A DNA stretch of 64,000 nucleotides from an uncultured Thermoplasmata archaeon (GTDB lineage Archaea > Thermoplasmatota > Thermoplasmata > JAGHBH01): NCBI GenBank assembly GCA_964601625.1, contig CAZROC010000001.1, positions 46,348 to 110,347 on the forward strand. Reading direction: 5' to 3'. This document shows, piece after piece, positions 54,129 to 63,792 of the stretch (position 1 is its first letter; every line of letters starts with the position of its first letter). Under the pieces are notes generated by a model. The model saw only the letters and a program-made list of their open reading frames with translations. It was not told where the DNA came from and made no database searches. A program made the position numbers and the translations under genes.

Positions 54129-57100
54129 ATGCGAGTTAAAAAAACCGCCTTAAGGGGTTTCACGAAAAAATCTGTTTCTATGGGGGTTCTCTTTTTTGTC
54201 GTGTCCACTGGTTTTTACGGGCTTTTTTACACCTGTGAAAAAATCACCGGAACCACCGTGGGAGAGGACGTGGGAGAGCAGCCATTCGCCTCCGTAACAC
54301 CCAATCCGGACAACGCGGACATCAACGACATATACACTTTTTCCTGGGACCCGGAGGTGGCCATAGCCGCCTGTTCCGGTGGACACATATACCTCCTCCA
54401 TATACCAACCGAAACATGGTTTAACTATTCCTATACTGAGAGCGCCCAGAATTTTTACTCGGCAGGTGTGGCATATTTTCTGGGATTGGTGGTGGGCGGT
54501 GACCTAAACTCAGAAGGAAAAAACCTCTACTTTTTGAACGGAGACACAAACGGTTTTAGAGCACTGCCAAACAGTATAGGTACTGGCATAACAGACCTGG
54601 CCGGTTACACCAATTTCATAGCGTCAACGGGGACAGACGTATACAAATACGAGTGGGACTCGGGCAGGATAATACCAGCAGGAGACCACGCCCTTCCAAC
54701 AGAGGCGCCGGTAGCGGTGAGTTTGTCCAACGGAGACGCTTTTGTCTATGGCGGTGGACTGGAGGAAGGCTCAGACGAGCTCAACAGGGTGTGGATATAC
54801 AACCACACGCTCATGACATGGCAGCAAAAGGGACAGATGGACCCAGGCAGGATGTGGGCGGCAGCAGTCCACCTGCCAGACAACAGAATCGCTGTTATTG
54901 GGGGGACAAACAAAACAAAGGGGGTGTTGGGTGACATCCTTCTCTATGACCCCACAACGGAGACATATACCACGGGAGCGAATATGTCTGAAAAAAGAAT
55001 GCAACACCAGGCGGTTTTGTTGAGAAACGGGACTATTTTCGTATTCGGAGGATATGATGGAAATAACGCCCTGAGCACAGGAGAGATATACGACCCTGCG
55101 GCAGACAAATGGTACACCATCCCCCCTCTCCCCGGAGACCCCAGAACCCTGTTTTGCATGGAACTGCTCCCGGATGGAAACGTTTTGGTGACCGGAGGAG
55201 AAAACGATTCTGGAACGCCACTCAACGACAGCTGGGTATACAACACCGCGTCCAACGCATGGGAAGGACCATATTATATGAACGAGGCCCGGAGAGCAGC
55301 GGATTCTGCGGTGCTTTCCAACGGGACTGTTCTCATCGCCGGAGGAATAAACGAGACGCTTGTTAGCACGAATACCGCTGAGCTCTTTGACCCCCACACC
55401 AGAAACTGGACGTACGTCCACCCCATGGCATATCCACGTGCTTTCCACCGCCTCGTTTCATTGTATGGAGGAACGGTGCTGGCCATCGGTGGAGAAAACA
55501 ATTCGGGCACCAATAGATATCTGGTTGAACACACAGAAGAATACAGCGAAGGACACTGGTCAGTCAATGGCGATGAGTGGAGCGGAGAGGCCTTTGCTAC
55601 CGCCTTTGTGTGCGATAGAAAGGTACTGATCGTCGGTGGAGTCAATTACTCAGGCAGCGCTGTTGGAACCGTGCATGATGCCATGTACGACAGGGGATAT
55701 GGAAAGATGTTCTCCGCCCAGCCATACTATGGGTGGGGGGATACGATAACCGATGTTGAAACAGACTGGGCAAATGGCATATATTACATTCTCAACGTTG
55801 ACAGCACAAACGGAACCTCTACCCTCTATGCAATGAGCCCTGAGGGCACAGAGCCCTATTACGTTGACAGCTATCCGAGGACTTTTCACAATCTAGCCGT
55901 TAACCCAAAGAGCGGCAGCATACTCCTACAAGGGAACAACGGGTATATGCTGTATCTCAACGTTACGGGAACCGTCTATGCAGACGCTCTGGATAGGATA
56001 CCAATCACAGGCGCCAGGCCAACGGCCCGTGAGAAATTTTCAATGGAAAGCACCGACGGAGGGGCCATCCTTTTCGGAGGGCGGAACACATCCGTGGGCT
56101 ATCTTGACGACACATGGGTCTGGATTCCTGACTCAGACATGTGGATAAATATAACCCCCACACTAGCTGTCTCACCGCCGCCCAGAGAGGGAGGAGCCGT
56201 CACGTTTATTTCTTCAACCGATTCCTTCCTTTTGTTCGGAGGAAAAAACAGTGGCGGATACCTTGATGACACATGGATTTTCAACACAACAAGCATGCAG
56301 TGGGAGCAGGTCACCTCCGCCCTTTTCCCGCCTGCAAGAGAAGGAGCCATGATGGCCTATTTCCCACCAGACAACTCTGTGTACCTATTCGGCGGAGAAG
56401 GGACCGATGGAAAAAAACAGGACATGTGGAGGTTTGACCCTGAAACAAAAGAGTGGAACAAGATAACAGGCATAACCTTCCCTCCGGGCAGAGCGTGGGG
56501 TGCCATGGAATACGACTCTTACAACAGCACCATCGTACTTTTTGGAGGGGAGGGGGAGACAGGAGCACTCAACGATATATGGGTGTTTGATGGGAGCACG
56601 TGGTCGGAAAGAACCCCCTCTGGGGATATACCGTGTCCGAGATATGGCGTGGCTTCCATATATGATCGCGACAACAACAGAATGATAATATACGGTGGAA
56701 CAGATGGGACAAGCACGTACAACGAAACATACGCCTATTACGGAGACACTAACACCTGGGAGAACATCACAGCGATAAACGCCCCCCGAATCAGGTTCGC
56801 CTCTATTGGCAGCGGATGGAACACATTTTATGTATTCGGCGGCTCAGACGAAAATAACAACCCAAAGAACACGGTGTATAGACACGTTACCCGCGTTTAT
56901 CCCATCATCACAGATAGAACCGAAATAGACGGGTTGCCCTCATCTGCTGTTATAAACGACATGGCATGGAACAGAGACGGTACAAAGTGCATGCTGGTGG
57001 GAGACGGCGGCGCCATCTACAGCTATGTGCCAGGACACTGGCGTGTAGCAAATCACACCGATCCCGCCGTAACCAGCTCAAACCTGCTATGCGTTGACTA

Positions 57101-58220
57101 CAAACCACAAAGCAGCCCGGGGCTGTTTTTGATAGGGGGACGTTTTGGAACCACCCTCAAAGCATACGACACACAGGTAACATCAGAGGTACGAGCAAGT
57201 GTTTACCGCCCACATGTCAACAGCGTGGAGATCCTATCGTCACACAACACGGGAACAGAAGCAAACGACGTCTCTGTTTTAAACAGGAGAATAGATGTTG
57301 ATTCCGGAGACAGGACCACATCGTACTGGATAAAAATAAACGTGAGCGACAGAAACGGTCTCGGCGACCTCAAAAACCTCACACTGCGACTCTGGGACGA
57401 TTTCGGTAACACGGGTACAACGAGCGTTTTCCCCGGCGGAACCATGAACAACACCAAAGTGGAACTGTTCTGCGACATAAGCGGTGGACACGTGTGGAGC
57501 ATTAACAACGACAGCGGATACGGAGAATTTGAGATATGGGACACCGACGTGGTCTCAATAAATTCCACCACAGAGATAATCTATGTTGAACTATACTTTG
57601 GCCCCCAGGTCCGGGCCACAAATGGAACATTCACAGAAGCGGCCGGCACCACGTCTCCAGATCAGAACGATAAAACAGCCGCTCTAAACGACCCCTACAC
57701 GTGGGACATAGAAGCAGTCCTCTACGACAGCAGTGAAAACTCGGACAGAGGCTACGACGAGTTCGGAATATACTCCTTTGTCGGGCTCTACCAGTCTGGC
57801 CTGCCAGGAGACCAAAGCGGGAGCGGCCCCCCAGGAGCGCCGATGGTGTTATCCCCGGCGGGCAACGTGACGTTCTACGCCAACTGCCCATACCGCCTCA
57901 ATGTGAGCGTCACAGATCTCACACCCCTTGGGTCTTCCCCGGACATAATACCCGCCTCTGCGATAGGAATAAAAGGCGGAGACCTCAGCGGGACCGGCTA
58001 CCTCCAGACCAGCAACTTCACAGGGGCCAACATACCACAGGTCCTCCTCGGAACCCCCACGGGATTCGTAAAACCGAACGACTATGGCACTGAGACAAAT
58101 ACCAGCAGCGCCAGAAACGGAGCAGCGAGCGTGGGAACTGTCGTGTGGGTGTGCCACACACCAAACGTGGCCGAGGACACATATGTGGGAACCGCCACGT
58201 GGAGCCTATACCGGGCATAA
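54129..58220 (+). CDS. Large secreted/membrane-anchored Kelch-repeat (beta-propeller) protein with C-terminal beta-rich domains; very rich in N-x-S/T sequons
   Basis: N-terminal signal/anchor (MGVLFFVVSTGFYGLFYTC). More than 15 Kelch-like repeats (for example AAAVHLPDNRIAVIGGTN, HQAVLLRNGTIFVFGGYDG, MMAYFPPDNSVYLFGGEG). Start at ATG 54129, 5 nt after AGGGAGGAG. About 31 N-x-S/T sequons by manual count. Confidence 0.7.
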   Translation: MRVKKTALRGFTKKSVSMGVLFFVVSTGFYGLFYTCEKITGTTVGEDVGEQPFASVTPNPDNADINDIYTFSWDPEVAIAACSGGHIYLLHIPTETWFNYSYTESAQNFYSAGVAYFLGLVVGGDLNSEGKNLYFLNGDTNGFRALPNSIGTGITDLAGYTNFIASTGTDVYKYEWDSGRIIPAGDHALPTEAPVAVSLSNGDAFVYGGGLEEGSDELNRVWIYNHTLMTWQQKGQMDPGRMWAAAVHLPDNRIAVIGGTNKTKGVLGDILLYDPTTETYTTGANMSEKRMQHQAVLLRNGTIFVFGGYDGNNALSTGEIYDPAADKWYTIPPLPGDPRTLFCMELLPDGNVLVTGGENDSGTPLNDSWVYNTASNAWEGPYYMNEARRAADSAVLSNGTVLIAGGINETLVSTNTAELFDPHTRNWTYVHPMAYPRAFHRLVSLYGGTVLAIGGENNSGTNRYLVEHTEEYSEGHWSVNGDEWSGEAFATAFVCDRKVLIVGGVNYSGSAVGTVHDAMYDRGYGKMFSAQPYYGWGDTITDVETDWANGIYYILNVDSTNGTSTLYAMSPEGTEPYYVDSYPRTFHNLAVNPKSGSILLQGNNGYMLYLNVTGTVYADALDRIPITGARPTAREKFSMESTDGGAILFGGRNTSVGYLDDTWVWIPDSDMWINITPTLAVSPPPREGGAVTFISSTDSFLLFGGKNSGGYLDDTWIFNTTSMQWEQVTSALFPPAREGAMMAYFPPDNSVYLFGGEGTDGKKQDMWRFDPETKEWNKITGITFPPGRAWGAMEYDSYNSTIVLFGGEGETGALNDIWVFDGSTWSERTPSGDIPCPRYGVASIYDRDNNRMIIYGGTDGTSTYNETYAYYGDTNTWENITAINAPRIRFASIGSGWNTFYVFGGSDENNNPKNTVYRHVTRVYPIITDRTEIDGLPSSAVINDMAWNRDGTKCMLVGDGGAIYSYVPGHWRVANHTDPAVTSSNLLCVDYKPQSSPGLFLIGGRFGTTLKAYDTQVTSEVRASVYRPHVNSVEILSSHNTGTEANDVSVLNRRIDVDSGDRTTSYWIKINVSDRNGLGDLKNLTLRLWDDFGNTGTTSVFPGGTMNNTKVELFCDISGGHVWSINNDSGYGEFEIWDTDVVSINSTTEIIYVELYFGPQVRATNGTFTEAAGTTSPDQNDKTAALNDPYTWDIEAVLYDSSENSDRGYDEFGIYSFVGLYQSGLPGDQSGSGPPGAPMVLSPAGNVTFYANCPYRLNVSVTDLTPLGSSPDIIPASAIGIKGGDLSGTGYLQTSNFTGANIPQVLLGTPTGFVKPNDYGTETNTSSARNGAASVGTVVWVCHTPNVAEDTYVGTATWSLYRA

Positions 58221-58269
58221 AACACAAAAAGAAACACAGAAACAGCGGAAGCCCGACCACCGTAGAGGT

Positions 58270-59184
58270 TCACCACGGAGGGGGAGAAAAATCCCCGGAA
58301 AAAATAGGCGCCAGAACCACCATCAAGGGGATGAAACGAAAACTCCCCTCCACCCAAAGCCCCCACGCCTTTTTTTGAGAGATGCGAACATCGCAGTCCA
58401 GAAATTCCACCTCGTCGGCCCCTCTGTCTCGCCTTCCATATTTAACGTCCATCAACACCAGGCCCTCGGGTGGAACGGGCGGCGGCAGAGCTCTTTGAGA
58501 TGAGCGGGAAGGCCTTTGCAAAAGCGCCTCTATGTCCCCAATGTCCAGGTCTCCCCTTCCGACCATGACCAGCGCCCCGGTTATACGCCGCACCATCTGC
58601 CACAAAAAGCTCTCGCCCCGTATATCAACGACTAGAAAAGTCCTGGGAAAAGATTCCATCCCAACATCGCCCCCATCAAAACACAGCCTCCCGGTATCAA
58701 CGGAAAAGACCTCCCGGACAGGGTTCCTTTCGTCTCCTTTTGAAAAACAAGAAAAGTCATGTCTGCCCACAAACAGCCTGGCCGCTTTCTCAACGGCGGA
58801 AAAATCAAAGCCCTCAGCGACCCGGGGATGGATGGGAAAAAAATACCTGTACCAGCGCTCCGAGGCACGGCGCGGGTCAAAACCTTCGCCCACCCCGGCG
58901 ACTCCCCTCACAAAAACACCCCTCATCTCGGCGTTCAAAGCGTTGGCCAGAGAAAAAAGGTCTGCGTCCCCGCGGACAATAAAAGAAAAAACGTTTCCCA
59001 GGGCGCTCACACCCCTGTCCGTCCTTCCAGCGGCTCTGAAACCACAGCCATCCCTGCCTTCGGCGAAGCCCGTGCGACGCAGCGCCCTGAGAATCTCTCC
59101 CTCAACAGTCGGAACGCCTGGTTGCACCTGGGAGCCGTGGAACAACCACCCGAGATAGACGGTTTTTATGGCCACACGTCGCAT
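58270..59184 (-). CDS. truA: tRNA pseudouridine synthase A (TruA/Pus1 family)
   Basis: RVAIKTVYLGWLFHGSQVQ...AAGRTDRGVSALGNVFSF holds the catalytic Asp motif. Start at the internal ATG (59184). Confidence 0.8.
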   Translation of the reverse strand: MRRVAIKTVYLGWLFHGSQVQPGVPTVEGEILRALRRTGFAEGRDGCGFRAAGRTDRGVSALGNVFSFIVRGDADLFSLANALNAEMRGVFVRGVAGVGEGFDPRRASERWYRYFFPIHPRVAEGFDFSAVEKAARLFVGRHDFSCFSKGDERNPVREVFSVDTGRLCFDGGDVGMESFPRTFLVVDIRGESFLWQMVRRITGALVMVGRGDLDIGDIEALLQRPSRSSQRALPPPVPPEGLVLMDVKYGRRDRGADEVEFLDCDVRISQKKAWGLWVEGSFRFIPLMVVLAPIFSGDFSPPPW

Positions 59185-59286
59185 ATCGTTTTTTTGCAGA
59201 GCGTTTTCATGCATGGCACGTCCTCTCACCAGAAAAAAGGCGGGTGGAGAAAAAGATTTATCCCCTTTATCTCGTTGGGTGTGTCA

Positions 59287-61227
59287 ATGACGCACGCAAA
59301 AAAGATTGTTGCCGTCGTCTTTGTGCTCTCACTTCTTTTTCCACCGGCGACCGTGTCGACGGGAGACACCGGCAAAAACCCGAACGGAGAGGTGGAAAAG
59401 GGTGTGGATGTGGAGATGCCCTTTGACTCAAACTTCACCGCCTATTTCACCTACGAGACGTTCACAGAGGCGGTCTTCCAGTTGCAGGCACAGTATCCGG
59501 AGATCGTCCACGTATATGACCTCACCACAGCAACGCCCATGGGCTCCACCTGGCAGGGAAGACACGTGTGGGGCATAAAGATAAGCGACAACGTTGAAAC
59601 AGTGGAAAACGAGAGCAGGGTGCTGATCATAGGAAACCACCATGCCAGGGAGTGGATGAGCTACGAGGTCCCGCTCTACTATGCCTATTTTCTGGCGACC
59701 TATTATGGTATGCCGGCCACCGACAACGATGGCGACGGCCAGATAAACGAGGATCCAATGAACGGGATTGACGACGACGGCGACGGACTCTTGGATGAGG
59801 ACTGGGACGAGGCACGGATAACATTTCTTGTGAACCACAGGGAGATATGGATCGTCCCCATGCTTAACCCGGACGGGACGGCCTACGACCACACCATATC
59901 ATCCCCCGGGGACGTGAACAGCGGGTGGCGCAAAAACTGCAGAGACAACAACATGAACGGAGAATTTGATTCCTCGTGGGATGGCGTGGACCTCAACAGG
60001 AACTACCCCTACATGTGGGCCCACAACAGGAACCCGGCGGAGGGCGAGGGGGTCAGCATTTCTCAGGATACAAGCAACCCCCGCTCGCCTGTGTACCATG
60101 GGCCCGATGACAACCACGACGACGACGGCGACGCAACGGTGCCCACTCCTGACTGGTGGAACCAGCGCTTTGGCGACTACAACGGCATAGACGAAGACCC
60201 CGTAAATGGGATAGACGACGACGGCGACGGACTCGTGGACGAGGACAAAGAAGGCGGGTTCAGCGAGCCGGAGACGCAGGCCATAGAACACCTGGTGAAA
60301 ACCTTTGACGACGAACCCAACGCAGACGAGGGTTACGAGTTCAGCACGTCCATATCATATCACAGCTACAGTGCCCTTGTGATGTGGCCCTGGGCGTACA
60401 CAACCGAGCCGGCCCCGGACCAGGGCATTCTCTCTGAGATGGGAAACAGGTGTGCGGAGATGTGCGGCTACGCCGCAATGCAAGAAGCGTCCCTCTACCC
60501 CACCAGCGGCGACCTTGATGACTGGCTTTACGCATCAGCACGCATCCTACCACTGACCATAGAGCTGAACACAGCGGAGGAAGGGGGTTTCCACCCACCC
60601 GTTGATATGATAATACCCACATGCCGGCTCATGCTCCCCGTGAATCTCTATGTCACAGAAATAGCGCCCATCGCCCACACAGCCAGAAAGATAAATTCTC
60701 CATCTCTGGACATCTCCCCTCCGAAAATAAAAGTGGAAGAGCCGCCAACGGTGTGGTATGAGAAAACCCCCCTCAAAGTGTCCCTGTCCGTGGAAAACGA
60801 GACACATCTGGACCCGGCGACCCTGAAGCTCTACTACACGTCAAACAGAGGCACAGCGGGCTGTGTCAATTTCACCAGATCAGACGGCGGAAAATACGTG
60901 GCAACGATTCCCCCCATGGAAGCCGAAACAGAGTTAAGGTTCTGGGTCAGCGCCAGGGACATATACGGGACAGAGGTGTACGCCCCCACTTACGCGGAAG
61001 CCAACGCCTATGTCGTTTTCATAGACTATGACATAGGCCGCGGGCCGGGGAGTCTGCTGGCTATGGCGATAATGATCCTGCTCATATACGGCATCATATG
61101 GGGCGGGTTTTACAGGATGCTCCGGATAGCCATAGCCGCAGAGAAAAGAAAAACGGGTGCAAACACATCAGAGGTCGCAAAGAGGGAAAGGAGCAAAAAA
61201 ACATCGGCCACAGGAGAGGGGGTGTGA
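59287..61227 (+). CDS. M14-family zinc carboxypeptidase with duplicated Asp/Gly-rich (putative Ca2+-binding) insertions and a C-terminal TM anchor
   Basis: Signal peptide (MTHAKKIVAVVFVLSLLFPPATVS). Zn ligands: HAREW, the GVDLNRNY region, SYHSYS and the TIEL glutamate. An 18-aa repeat EDP(M/V)NGIDDDGDGL(L/V)DED occurs twice. C-terminal helix LLAMAIMILLIYGIIWGGFY precedes a basic tail. The upstream ORF-track extension overlapping truA is not credited. Confidence 0.8.
   Translation: MTHAKKIVAVVFVLSLLFPPATVSTGDTGKNPNGEVEKGVDVEMPFDSNFTAYFTYETFTEAVFQLQAQYPEIVHVYDLTTATPMGSTWQGRHVWGIKISDNVETVENESRVLIIGNHHAREWMSYEVPLYYAYFLATYYGMPATDNDGDGQINEDPMNGIDDDGDGLLDEDWDEARITFLVNHREIWIVPMLNPDGTAYDHTISSPGDVNSGWRKNCRDNNMNGEFDSSWDGVDLNRNYPYMWAHNRNPAEGEGVSISQDTSNPRSPVYHGPDDNHDDDGDATVPTPDWWNQRFGDYNGIDEDPVNGIDDDGDGLVDEDKEGGFSEPETQAIEHLVKTFDDEPNADEGYEFSTSISYHSYSALVMWPWAYTTEPAPDQGILSEMGNRCAEMCGYAAMQEASLYPTSGDLDDWLYASARILPLTIELNTAEEGGFHPPVDMIIPTCRLMLPVNLYVTEIAPIAHTARKINSPSLDISPPKIKVEEPPTVWYEKTPLKVSLSVENETHLDPATLKLYYTSNRGTAGCVNFTRSDGGKYVATIPPMEAETELRFWVSARDIYGTEVYAPTYAEANAYVVFIDYDIGRGPGSLLAMAIMILLIYGIIWGGFYRMLRIAIAAEKRKTGANTSEVAKRERSKKTSATGEGV
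59749..60246 (+). repeat. Two near-identical ~54-nt intragenic repeats (59749-59802 and 60193-60246) encoding EDP(M/V)NGIDDDGDGL(L/V)DED
   Basis: aacgggattgacgacgacggcgacggactcttggatgaggac vs aatgggatagacgacgacggcgacggactcgtggacgaggac. Confidence 0.8.
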
Positions 61228-61231
61228 GCGC

Positions 61232-62785
61232 TTGGTAAAAGAGCATTTCACATCAAGATGGGGGTTCGTCCTCACGGCCATGGGGGCGGCGGTGGGAACC
61301 GGCAACATCTGGCGTTTCCCCAGAGAGACAGCGCTGTACGGCGGCGGCTCTTTTCTCGTAGCATGGGTCATATTTCTTTTCTTATGGAGCATCCCCCTGC
61401 TAATAACCGAGTTCGCAATAGGAAAAACAACACGGCTCGGCACCATAGGGTCTTTCAGAACGTTTGTGGGAGAAAAATACACGTGGATGGGGGCGTGGAT
61501 GGTCTGGGTCTCAACCGCCATCAACTTTTACTACGCTGTGGTCATGGGATGGACGATAAGATACTTCTGGGTTTCCGCCACGGGCCAGATAGCCCGCACA
61601 GACACCGCAACGCTCTGGTATTCTTTCATAAACTCACCGCACCAGGTCGTTCTTTTCCAGATAATCGCCCTCGCCATAGGCGGTTACGTCGTTTACAGGG
61701 GAATAGCCGGGGGCATAGAAAGGGTAAACATGTTCCTCATGCCAACACTGGTGGCACTCCTCGCAATAGCAGCAATCTGGGCGATTTCCCTGCCGGGTTC
61801 GGTCACAGGGCTCAAGTACATGTTCATACCCCGTGCGGAGTACTTTGGCAGGCCGGACATGTGGATACACGCAGCCGCCCAGAGCGCCTGGAGCTGCAGT
61901 GCCGGGATGGGAATGGCCATAACATACGGAGTATACATGCGCAAAAAAGAGGACATTTCCCTGAACGCCTTCCTGACCGGGCTCGGAAACAACAGCGTGA
62001 GCCTCATAAGCGGTGTCGCCGTCCTCTGCACACTCTTCGCCCTCTCCCCAACCGTTGCCAGTGCATACCAGGGCATCCACTCCGGCAGCAGCGGCCTGAC
62101 TTTTATCTATCTCACATCGCTTTTCGGAAAAATACCCGGCGGGGTTTTCATAGCCACACTGTTCTTTCTGGCCATGTCTTTCGCCGCCCTCACAAGTCTC
62201 ATAAGCGGGTTTGAGATTGCCACGAGGAATTTCATGGACCACGGCTGGGAAAGAAAAAGGGCTGTGAGCGTGGTCTTACTGGCCAGCTTCGTCTTCGGGC
62301 TACCAAGTGCCATGAGCATAAGGTTCCTTGACAACCAGGACCTGGTCTGGGGCCTCGGCTTGCTCTTCAGCGGGTTTTTCGTCTCCTTCGCCGTGATAAA
62401 ATACGGGGCTAGAGAGTTCAGAGAGAAACTTGTTAACACGCCCGACAGCGACATAAGGATAGGACGGTGGTGGGACATCATAATGACGCTGGTAATCCCC
62501 GTGGTCTTCGCAGTCATGCTCCTGTGGTTCCTGAAAGAGACATGGACAACGAGTCCCACAGATTTCGGCCTTCTGATAGTTGAGTGGGGCGCCGCTCTAA
62601 CCGTTTTGATATATCTAAACAGATGGCTGGCCAGAAAGGTAAAGCTGGTTGACGAAGAAACAGATGTGCGCGACATAAAATGGGATGAGAAAATATCCGG
62701 AGCACAAACTGAAAAACTGGCCGATGTGAGAAAAAGAGGCGTAGGCGGGCTTCTCAAAGCCCTCGTGGAAGAAAAAGACGAATAG
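61232..62785 (+). CDS. Sodium-dependent transporter, NSS/SNF family (LeuT-like)
   Basis: VKEHFTSRWGFVLTAMGAAVGTGNIWRFP parallels the LeuT N-terminus and TM1 G-N-x-W-R-F-P motif; 11-12 TM helices. Start assigned to the in-frame TTG at 61232 just after the upstream stop; the first in-frame ATG would truncate TM1. Confidence 0.85.
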   Translation: MVKEHFTSRWGFVLTAMGAAVGTGNIWRFPRETALYGGGSFLVAWVIFLFLWSIPLLITEFAIGKTTRLGTIGSFRTFVGEKYTWMGAWMVWVSTAINFYYAVVMGWTIRYFWVSATGQIARTDTATLWYSFINSPHQVVLFQIIALAIGGYVVYRGIAGGIERVNMFLMPTLVALLAIAAIWAISLPGSVTGLKYMFIPRAEYFGRPDMWIHAAAQSAWSCSAGMGMAITYGVYMRKKEDISLNAFLTGLGNNSVSLISGVAVLCTLFALSPTVASAYQGIHSGSSGLTFIYLTSLFGKIPGGVFIATLFFLAMSFAALTSLISGFEIATRNFMDHGWERKRAVSVVLLASFVFGLPSAMSIRFLDNQDLVWGLGLLFSGFFVSFAVIKYGAREFREKLVNTPDSDIRIGRWWDIIMTLVIPVVFAVMLLWFLKETWTTSPTDFGLLIVEWGAALTVLIYLNRWLARKVKLVDEETDVRDIKWDEKISGAQTEKLADVRKRGVGGLLKALVEEKDE

Positions 62786-62856
62786 TCAAACTCGTTGGGT
62801 ACCTCTCCGACTTTTAAACGGCCTGGGGATTGCCTGGGGCTGGGGAAACCCCCGTC

Positions 62857-63792
62857 TCAGTCGGCGTCCACACCGTACCTCTGGCACTTCTCATCAACCA
62901 TTTTCTGTATCTTTTCCACCAGCTCGGGGTTTTTGACTATGTGTCTGAACCGGCGCTGGAGTTTCAGATATTCTATCACAGGTTTCCTGTTCTTTATTTT
63001 CCTGGTCACCCGCAGGTTGTTGAAATCCCCGTTCTCAACCTCCCACAGAACAAAAACACCGGTCTCAACAGCCAGACGCGCCATCTCTATTGTCATATCG
63101 CTGGGGAAGTACCAGCCCGTTGGGCACGGAGAAAATACGTGCAAAAACGAGGGGCCATCAACGGACAGGGCCTTCTGGACCTTTTTGCGCAGGTCGGGTA
63201 TGAAAGCCACGCTGGCCGTCGCAACATATGGAACATCATGGGCGGCCACAATAGCGGCGATGGGCTTTTTGTCCCTGCTCTCACCTAGGCTCTTTTTGCC
63301 AGGGGGGGTTGTTGTCGTGGAAGCCCCCCACGGGGTGGCCGACGAGCGCTGTATCCCTGTGTTCATGTACGCCTCGTTGTCCAGGACCACATAGAGAACC
63401 CTGTGACCACGTTCAAGCATTCCGCTCAGCGCCTGGAAACCTATGTCAAATGTCCCGCCGTCACCTGCCATGGCTATGATGTTAACACCCTCTCTTTTTC
63501 CCAGCGCTTTGAGGGCGGCATCAACTCCGCTGGCCACAGCGGCGGCGTTTTCAAAAGCCACATGGATCCAGGGAACAGCCCACGCGGTGTTCGGGAAGCC
63601 AGAACTGGAAACCTCCAGACAGCCGGTGGCATTGACCACGATGGTGTTCGGGCCCGCGACCTGAAGGATGTGTCTTACAATTATCGGCTCAGCGCAACCC
63701 GCACACAGCCCATGACCTGAGAGGAAATACTCACCCTCTTCTGTCGTCTTTTTTCTCAACATCTCCTCGTAATCGGCGGTGGTCTGGTTCAT
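62857..63792 (-). CDS. porB: 2-oxoacid (pyruvate):ferredoxin oxidoreductase beta subunit (TPP-binding)
   Basis: CAGCAEPI...GCLEV...IAMAGDGGTFDIGFQALSG...NEAYMNTG are the thiamine-diphosphate motifs of PorB/KorB. Start at the internal ATG 63792, which overlaps the upstream subunit stop as ATGA. Confidence 0.8.
   Translation of the reverse strand: MNQTTADYEEMLRKKTTEEGEYFLSGHGLCAGCAEPIIVRHILQVAGPNTIVVNATGCLEVSSSGFPNTAWAVPWIHVAFENAAAVASGVDAALKALGKREGVNIIAMAGDGGTFDIGFQALSGMLERGHRVLYVVLDNEAYMNTGIQRSSATPWGASTTTTPPGKKSLGESRDKKPIAAIVAAHDVPYVATASVAFIPDLRKKVQKALSVDGPSFLHVFSPCPTGWYFPSDMTIEMARLAVETGVFVLWEVENGDFNNLRVTRKIKNRKPVIEYLKLQRRFRHIVKNPELVEKIQKMVDEKCQRYGVDAD

Noticed and set aside
58759-59286. Upstream 176-codon extension of the M14 carboxypeptidase ORF
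   Set aside because: It overlaps truA on the opposite strand by >400 nt. The peptidase has a clear signal peptide starting at ATG 59287, so the extension is non-coding read-through of an open frame.
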